The translations under genes were made by a program, and so were the position numbers. DNA of 64,000 nucleotides from Octopus sinensis. Lineage: Eukaryota. The stretch covers positions 45,198,001 to 45,262,000 of the forward strand of contig NC_042999.1 of assembly GCF_006345805.1 (NCBI RefSeq). The letters run 5' to 3'. Each line of letters begins with the position of its first letter. Position 1 is the first letter of the stretch. Positions 55,592-64,000 of this stretch are shown piece after piece. The notes below the pieces were generated by a model, which worked only from the letters and a program-made list of their open reading frames with translations, did no database searches and was not told the origin of the DNA.

Positions 55592-55829
55592 GGAGTAAAC
55601 ACATAAATGTGAAACAAGGTGGAAAAAAGAGTACTCAAATACCAGTGGTAGAGTAATATGCTTTATTTAAAGCAGCAGAAAATTCAACAAAACCTGTTAC
55701 TCTGAGATTCCGTTGCCGTTCATCGGACAGTTTTTGCTTGAATCTAGCAAAAACTGTCCGATGAACGGCAACGGGAAACCCAGAGTAACAGGTTTTGTTG
55801 AATTTTCTGCTGCTTTAAATAAAGTATAT
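55591..55829. mobile_element. Foldback mini-element: ~80-bp arms, 7-nt loop, hammerhead-like motif in each arm, in (TA)n
   Basis: 55661-55738 pairs with 55746-55824. The left arm has an extra ~65-bp extension, and TA tracts flank both sides. Confidence 0.8.
55754..55791 (+). ncRNA. Minimal hammerhead-like motif (CCGAUGA core variant)
   Basis: CTGT-CCGATGA-ACG-GCAA-CGG-GAA-ACCCAGAGT-A-ACAG. Stem I ctgt/acag, GNRA-capped stem II. An inverted, more decayed copy lies at 55694-55730. Confidence 0.62.
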
Positions 55830-55841
55830 ATATATATATAC

Positions 55842-56098
55842 TACCAATATAGGACGAAATGTTTTCAGAGAAAAAATTTCATCAAAAAGTGGCAGCATAT
55901 TAAAATACCTTTAAAGGTTAAAATTATAAACAACTTGTAAACAAGGGCAAAAGAAAAATTATTTCCATGCCAATATGACTTTAAATTGTCAATTTCCATG
56001 TATCATGTATAATGATATGTGGAAATTGATGATTTAAAGTCTGTTATCAGCATATTGGCATGGAAATAATTTTTCTTTTGCCCTTGTTTATAAGTTGT
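55842..56098. repeat. Foldback element (arms ~55930-56006 / 56012-56098) in (TA)n
   Basis: caacttgtaaacaagggcaaaagaaaaattatttccatgccaatatg pairs with catattggcatggaaataatttttcttttgcccttgtttataagttg. The right arm has a 10-nt extra segment, ctgttatcag. Confidence 0.8.
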
Positions 56099-56104
56099 AT
56101 ATAT

Positions 56105-56166
<62 letters not shown>

Positions 56167-56203
56167 ATATACATACATATATAGATATATATATATATAT
56201 ACA

Positions 56204-56591
56204 TCTATTATATAAAATCGGTTCTGTCTGCCTGTGTGTGTGTCTTCTAGGATCTCAGGCATCCTCCATCCGATTGCGCTCAAATTTGATATGTAGATAC
56301 CAACAGTATCAGGGCATGTATAAATCTTTTTACAAAAATCGATTCCAGGTGAGAATGCGATCGATAAAGCCGTGGGAACGTGCATTTGTACATGCAAGTA
56401 CATCAGCTGTTGCGATAAATATTACACATATGTGAGAAAAATGCATGTGCAGTTTTCGCAATAAAAGCCGGCTGGCTTGAAATGATGCCACAAAATGCAG
56501 TATATTTAAGAGACCAAAAACAAAATTTGGTTTAAACGTTTGACAACTCAGCACCGTTCATTGGACGGGGGGGGGGGCAGCATTTTGCTTG
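56204..56591 (+). mobile_element. Non-autonomous Helitron
   Basis: Starts A|TCTATTATATAAAA, has subterminal hairpin CCGTTCA-T-TGGACGG, and ends CTTG|T (probably a mutated CTAG). Confidence 0.62.
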
Positions 56592-56624
<33 letters not shown>

Positions 56625-56995
56625 ATATATATATATATTTCATCATCATCATCATCATCATCATTTAGCGTCCGTTTTCCATGCTAGCATGGGTTGGACG
56701 GTTCTACTGGGGTCTGTGAAGCCAGAAGGCTTCATCAGGCCCAGTCAAATCTGGCAGTGTTTCTACGGCTGGATGCCCTTCCTAACGCCAACCACTCCGT
56801 GAGTGTAGTGGGTGCTTTTTACGTGCCACCCGCACTGGTGCCAGACAGAGCTGGCAAACGGCCACGAACGGATGGTGCTTTTTATGTGCCACCGGCACGA
56901 GAGCCAGGCGAGGCTGGCAACGGACACGAAACATATGTATATATGTATATATATGTATATATGTATATATATGTATATATATGTATATATGTATA

Positions 56996-57032
<37 letters not shown>

Positions 57033-57043
57033 GCATACACATG

Positions 57044-57076
<33 letters not shown>

Positions 57077-57620
57077 ATACACACATACATATATGGATGT
57101 TCCACACGAAAGTCTTGTCATTTGAGTCACTTTGCAACATCTGCTGAGGACTTTTTCTGTTGGCTTTCATTTTTTGAAATTTTAAAATTAAGTGAACATT
57201 TTCAAAGTTGATATATTTAATGTAATTTTTCACACTCAATCTGATATTGTCATTCACATATTCCAGGAAAAAAAAATGAAAAGAACATTACAGATGTTTA
57301 AAATTTGATTATTTTTTACCCATTCAAAAAACAGGATTTGGAAGCTGACATTTTCTGTGTGATAACTTATTTTTAACAAAATGAAAGCAATATTTTATGA
57401 CAATGGAAGTTGTAAAGAAATTTTGAAGTTTTAATAAGTTTAGCTGAATAAAGTCGTGTGAAATGGAATAAGCAATATGAAAAGGAAAAATTCTCAGTAA
57501 ATTTTTTATTTTGTTTTCAAAAAATTACAGAAAAAAGAAACTTCATTATACTGCTGTAGTTCAGTACATGTGAACAATTAATCAGGGAAATTCAAAAACG
57601 AAAGTTTGAGATACACTAGA

Positions 57621-57771
57621 GTTATAGTTAAGGTTTAGGGTTGAAGTTTGGAGTTAGAATTAGAGTTTAGGGTTTAGGGTTAGAGTTAGGGTTTAGGGTT
57701 GGAGTTTTGGGTTAGAATTAAGATTGAAGGATTAGTTAGGGATTAGGGTTAGAATTAGGGTCTAGGGTTGG
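57621..57771 (+). repeat. Degenerate interstitial (TTAGGG)n-like tract
   Basis: ttagggtttagggttagagttagggtttaggg...ttagggattagggttag. Confidence 0.75.
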
Positions 57772-58315
57772 CGTTTTAAGGTCAGTCAGACATATTTTTC
57801 TTGTATTCTTTTATTCATTTATACATTTCAACCCTAAGGTTGTGGCCATGCTGGAGCACTGTCAGTAAAAATAACATTGCCTAACAGAGCAGTGAACATT
57901 TTTCTAAATTTTTTCTGGAACAAATGAATAGCAAAATCCGATTCAGCATGAAAAATTATATCATTATACCAAATTTGAAAAAAAAAAAATTAATACATTT
58001 TTTTGTAGTGAAAATTCAAATATGAAAGTTCAGAATATAGGTATGATGTAGTGATTGTAGTAGGGTTAAGCAGACAATAGCTCTGCTTATTGCTGTGGAA
58101 ACAGGCACCAATGTGTCTGTAGTTTATGATTGGCTACAATTACCCCAAATTTGCAAACTTTAAAAGCTGTTAACTTTTATTAATGAATTTCATTTCCATA
58201 ATTATCATACAAAACTACATCAATACACCAAATTTGAAATCATTTGGAACAGAATTAAAGAAAATTGAAAAGTGAAGGCCAAACAGAAAAGGTCCTTTGC
58301 CAATTGATGATGATG

Positions 58316-58400
<85 letters not shown>

Positions 58401-58426
58401 TAATAATGATAATAATAATAATGATG

Positions 58427-58474
<48 letters not shown>

Positions 58475-58841
58475 CTCTTTACGAAAGTTAATAAGCAATA
58501 CGAAGAGCATTATATGATTTGTAATAAAAAGAAATTGACTCTGCTTATTGAATTGAACAATATTTCAACAGTATGTCTGTCTTCCTTGGATTCAAAATGA
58601 AAAAGGAAGAATGAGAAAAAGACACCGAAATACAGAAATTCCTGCATTCCTTTTCAGACAAAATGGCGTCATCAATTTTTTGCTTTTTTGTAATGGGTAG
58701 CAAGTAAAAAGAAAGAAGAAAAAAAGAAAGCATGAAAAAGAATACTTAGTCAAAGAGTTTTGAATAAATGTGATGGAATTTGCTTGTCATTTCAGTTATT
58801 CTTCCTAAGTGTCACAGTAATTCACCAATATATTTATGCTT

Positions 58842-59073
58842 TAAGGCGGCGAGCTGGCAGAAACGTTAGCACGCCGGGCGAAATGCGTAGCCATATTTCG
58901 TCTGCCGTTACGTTCTGAGTTCAAATTCCGCCGAGGTCGACTTTGCCTTTCATCCTTTCGGGGTCAATAAATTGAGTACCAGTTACGCACTGGGTCGATG
59001 TAATCGACTTAATCCATTTGTCTATCCTTGTTTATCCCCTCTGTGTTTAGCCCCTTGTGGGCAGTAAAGAAAT
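58842..59073 (+). mobile_element. tRNA-derived SINE family B with 14-bp TSD
   Basis: GGCGGCGAGCTGGCAGAA..GAGTTCAAATTCC..GCCTTTCATCCTTTCGGGGTC..AAAGAAATAA; TSD aatatatttatgct. Other copies at about 4013-4251(-), 4868-5116(-), 6224-6440(-, different tail, TSD taccaaaagataa), 24841-25295 and 36368-36603(+). Confidence 0.88.
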
Positions 59074-61689
59074 AAATATATTTATGCTCATGTATTTTAA
59101 AGAGTGAAAGTGCAGTTAGAGTCAGAATATTTTCTGAGAATGTGCCCTTTCAAGTGTTCCTCAAAATCACAGCCATTTGATGAAAAATGTTTGGCAAGTT
59201 CTGTCAAATTACTGTCGTACTATTGTAGGGAATTACTAATAATGATACGCCCTTCCCACATGACGAGTGGAATGAGTTAATCACTATAAGTAAGGTGCCG
59301 TCAACCAGGATCAAAAGAGTATATAGAGTACAAGAGTACATGTAGACCTTGTTGATAGTCATGTCTGTGCTGATATAATAATTATACTATGATACTAAGT
59401 GGGCATTATAACGATCCAACCTTCTGAGGATAATAACATCGTATGACTGGGTGTCATAAAGAACAATGATGCAAAAATTGTACAACCAAACAACGAAATG
59501 TAGAGCTTTATCTCCTAAAAGACAAATACGTAGAGAAAAGTACTGTAATATTAGGATGATATCCCTAATAGCACCACATCAGCAAGTTTTATAGGGCTCA
59601 CTCATCACTCCTTTAAGAGTCAACAGTACTAGCATAATAGCTGGTTCAATTGTCACCACCTAGAAAACAGCAGAGGACTTTCAAATCACATATAGAAATT
59701 GAGAGACAAGTGAGAGTGTATTTGCATCTCATTGGTGGTTGGTGTCTCATAAGGTTGTAGCGAGAGGGGGAGGAGCCCTTTTGGTCATGAATTGAATGAC
59801 CCTGGGATTGCACCTACAAAGTTACCCTCTGAGGCACAAATCTGGGCAAGGTTGTTTTATGGAAGACTAGTAGTTGCCCACGCATGCCGGCCTCCCCTCT
59901 CCATGCCACCGATGCTATCCAAGAGGAAGGAAAAGGCTGATGCAGCTTGGCACAAGTGATGTTGCAACTCATTTCTACAGTTGAGTAAACTGGAGCAACA
60001 TGAAATAAAGTGTCTTGCTCAAGAACACAACACACAGCCCGGTTAGGGAATCAAACTCACTACTTTGTGATTGTGAGCCCAGTTCTCTAACCACTGAGTC
60101 ATGTGCCTTCACAAAGGCAGTAGCATTTAAGAGGAAATTAAATGTAACCTCTGTTTCACAGAGAACTTACATATCATCCACCATCCCATTTTAATTTTAA
60201 ATAATTAGAATGAACTACTTTCGGTTTGAAGTCACATGTCCAAATACTTCCCTAAAAATTTCAAAGGAGATAAAAATTTCACAGCTGATGACCCAAACCA
60301 CATAAACTGTTGATAATCATCCTATTACTTTCTTACCTTCTGATGTGTTGAGTTGACCGACTCGACCATGCATTATTAAGTAATCCCAGTTTATCCTACA
60401 TAAACAAACATGCATACTTATACATATAATTTATTAGAAGTTGAAACATATCAAATAGTAACTGTGAGTTTGTCATTGCCAGGCTTTAAGGCAGTTATAA
60501 ATAATCAGAACAAGAAATTTTTATATACTCTTTTTTTTACTCTTTTACTTGTTTCAGTCATTTGAATGTGGCCATGCTGGAGCACCGCCTTTAGTCGAGC
60601 AAATCATCCCCAGGACTTATTCTTTGTAAGCCTAGTACTTATTCTATCAGTCTTTTTTACCAAACCGCTAAGTTACAGGGAGGTAAACACACCAGCATCA
60701 GTAGTCAAGTGATGTTGGGGGGACAAGCACAGACACACAAGCATACACACACACACACACATATACATATATATATATATACATATATATGATGGCTTCT
60801 TTCAGTTTCCGTCTACCAAATCTACTCACAAGGCTTTGGTCAGCCCGAGGCTATAGTAGAAGACACTTGCCCAAGGTGCCATGCAGTGGGACTGAACCTG
60901 GAACCATGTGGTTGGTAAACAAGCTACTTACCACACCTATAATGATCATATAGCAAAATGTTTTAATATCTTAAAAACACTAGTTAACTTAGATGGAATG
61001 AAAAAATTTTGGAAGATTATTGGCCAACAAAGTAACCGTTGCATGAAAAATTGGATAGAAGTGTTTGATATTTAGTATGGTAAAAATAAAGATATTTTAT
61101 TTGAAGCTAAGTAACAGGCATGAGAAAATAAGTGTATGTATATTTGTGTGCAATATATGAAAAATGTTTGTACGTTGACAATTGCTTGTGTGTAAAAGAT
61201 TTTAAAAAAACCTAGTTACAATTAAGTCTTTAAGAGCAAATGTAAAAAAAAAAAAAATCTTAATTTATTTTTATTCGTTTTTGCAGGTTTTGCTGCAACA
61301 ATCAATCATTTGCAGAAATATAATTATGAAACAAGCACTTTAAATAATGTCAGTAAGAATCAAGCTATTCTGAACATTCTTTTAATCTGTTGTTATCTTG
61401 AAATAATTTCTTAACTAAAGTTTGTTGGAAAGAATTGAACAAAAACTACTGCGCACATAAGAATTACATGGCAAAGGTAAACTATTGGATTGCTAACCAG
61501 TTTCTTCTTTTAAGGCAATTAATTTGTTAGGCTGAATATAAGTAATAGGGGCATTCTTGTTGTAGGATTGGATTTTAGCACAGTTCAACTGAGGAAGAGT
61601 TGGTGAGTTAGACATGAGACATGGTTGATGGAGCGGCCTGGTGTATGTATGTATGCATGTATGTACGTATGTATGAATGAGTGTATATA

Positions 61690-62542
61690 CAGGGTGTCCA
61701 TAAAGTCTCTTTACAATCTCAAAAAAATATTACAAAGGCAGTTGATGAAATATTTTAACCAGATTTGTTTTATTTTAATAATTGTCTATTAAAGTTTTTA
61801 TTGATATTAAATTTTTGTGTTTCAGATACTCTATTGATGGAAGGTAACTGATTCACTGAATCCCTATAGAATGAGGATGAAGTATTCCTCAAGCGACTTT
61901 CAGGTTTCAAGGAAATTAAACAGACACAATGTGAGAATCTGGGGATCAGAACACTCCCCTGTGACTAGGGACCTTCAACAGGATAGTCCAAAAGTGAATG
62001 TGTGGTGTGGAATCATGTGCAATCGAATAATTGGTTCATTTTTCTTCAATGAGGCAACAATTAATGCAGATGTTTACCTCGACCAACCATCATTTTCTGG
62101 CAAGATGGTGCACCACCACATTGGGGACGGCATGTTCGTCAGTGCCTCAATCAAACATTTCCGGACCGATGGATTGGAAGAGATGGGCCAATTTCATGGC
62201 CACCTTGTTCACCAGATATCATTACCTTGGACTTCCTTTTATGGGGCTATGTAGAAGATATTGTGTATCAAACAAAGATACGGGACATTGCTGACTTGAA
62301 GTAAAGGATCCGTAATGCCATTGCCACCGTTGATGAGGCTATCCTACAGCAAACATGGCAAGAAATCAAGTACCGTCTTGATGTGCTTTGTGCAACTAAT
62401 GGCGCCGATACTGAGGTCTATTAAATACCAGTTAAAAAAACTTTAATAAACAATTATTACAATAAAACAAATCTAGTTAAGATATCTTGTCAACTGCCTT
62501 TGTAATAAAATTTTAAAATTGTAAAGAGACTTTATGGACACC

Positions 62543-62545
<3 letters not shown>
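61690..62545 (+). mobile_element. Tc1/mariner rosa-type (DD41D) deleted element
   Basis: Long TIRs starting CAGGGTGTCCATAAAGTCTCTTTACAAT. Transposase fragment KVNVWCG..QDGAPPH..WIGRDGPISWPPCSPDIITLD, with 41 residues between the 2nd and 3rd Asp. Confidence 0.88.
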
Positions 62546-62616
<71 letters not shown>

Positions 62617-62620
<4 letters not shown>

Positions 62621-62927
62621 CTGAGCTTACGATTGTAAGGTTGTGAGTTCGAATCCCGGACCAGGCTGCATGCTGTGTTCTTGAACAAGACACTTTACTT
62701 CATGTTGCTCCAGTTCACTTAGCTGTAGAAATGAGTTGCGATGTCACTGGTGCCAAGCCGTATTGGCTTTTGCCTTTCCCTTGGATAACACTGGTGGTGT
62801 GGAGAGGGGAGACTGGTATGCATGGACGGCTGCTGGTCTTCCATAAACAATCTTGCCCGGACTTGCGGATGGGAGAGTAACTTTCTAGGTGCAATCCCAT
62901 GGTCAGTCATGACCGAAGGGAGTCTCA
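62617..62927 (+). mobile_element. tRNA-derived SINE family D
   Basis: B-box GAGTTCGAATCCC; shared body GGTCTTCCATAAACAA..GGTGCAATCCCATGGTCA. Copies at 59775-60112(-) and 31853-32023(-). Confidence 0.8.
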
Positions 62928-64000
62928 GCATATATATATATATATGAAACTGCAGTTGTCATTCATAAGCAAGTGATTTAATAGTATATACCATGTTTTC
63001 AATAATTGATTTAGATACCTATGTAGTCATGATCAGACAGAAGCACTTTCTAAATCCTCTCATCCTTCATTTGGCAAGAATCTAGATTATTGTGACTACT
63101 GGAGGGAGAAAGGGTACACCAACACCAGATTGGTATTATTTTAGCTGAGAAGACTGGACAACATGGAATTGAATACCATGTTCAGATACACACACACACA
63201 CAGACACATGTACACACACACACACACACATGCACACATATACATATATATAAATATGCAAACACATGCTCACACAGACACACACATGAATACACATATG
63301 CACACACAAACACATATGCACACGCACATAGATACACACACACACACACACACCCACACATGGTAGTCATTCCATCTTCACAGATGATTGCCATTTCCTG
63401 TGCTTCCTCATTGTCAATGACATTTCTGACTTTCCGTCCATGACCTCTCAGATGACTATTTGATCCTACTGCAGATCTGAATGTTTTGAAGCATGCACTT
63501 CCAACTGGTTAGGTTAGTACATGTTGCCGCTCTTCCATTACCACAGGACTTTCAGTAGATGGAATGACAAATGAGGTTGTCATAAGGAGACATCTGTACA
63601 TCATTGGATTACTGTGATAAAAGCTTGTACAACATGAGTACCACTCTCTGAGTCTACATGCTTTGTACCTTCTGACAGATTGAAGCATGGTAACTTCTTG
63701 TGAAGTTGCTGGTTTTACATCTGTGACAACAGTTTGGGTTCTCTTAATCTGGGTGGTTTTACTGCATGCCTTGACACCAACCAATATTATTCTGATGTCC
63801 CTGTGTTTAGATGGATTGTCATACCTGGGACCCTCACAGATGCTACTACTCTGGGTCAGCATAGGCCTGGAAACAATAAAGGTTAAGAGGTGGTTCCACA
63901 CTCCTCAAAACTCTGAACAAAGCATGTAATTCCACTTACAGTCATACATGCACACACATACATACACACATGCACATACATACATACATACATACATACA

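Noticed and set aside
62617-62670. tRNA gene
   Set aside because: Only a tRNA-like SINE head with a B-box; no complete cloverleaf, and it continues into the SINE body.
63380-63929. 130-aa and 80-aa ORFs as a host gene
   Set aside because: No recognisable domain, and the adjacent minus-strand CFKTFRSAVGSNSHLRGH resembles a decayed RTE terminal zinc finger.

Overview
Eukaryotic, AT-rich, repeat-dominated DNA. The SINE families and very dense (TA)n/(CA)n/(TACA)n/(TAA)n/(CAT)n microsatellites suggest an octopus (coleoid cephalopod) intron or intergenic region; this is an inference. Almost all supplied ORFs are microsatellite or SINE artefacts, and I can confidently identify no host gene (one weak exon candidate near 7.16 kb). 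Recognisable content: four recurrent SINE families; fragments of RTE, CR1 and R4/Dong-type LINEs; a decayed Chapaev3-type transposon with a nested piggyBac-type MITE; three Tc1/mariner remnants; two non-autonomous Helitrons. The main signal is a young, 5'-truncated Naiad-type Penelope-like retroelement (RT plus GIY-YIG, with two large Asn-rich inserts) at 28.7-32.8 kb. It is bracketed by ~416-bp inverted repeats that each carry a hammerhead ribozyme. Four further non-coding, mutually dissimilar hammerhead-bearing inserts lie in or beside (TA)n tracts (39.5-40.9, 51.0-51.4, 55.3-55.5 and 55.6-55.8 kb), mostly as inverted pairs or pure palindromes, giving nine hammerhead motifs in total. All structures were folded and aligned by eye; coordinates of decayed repeats are approximate.
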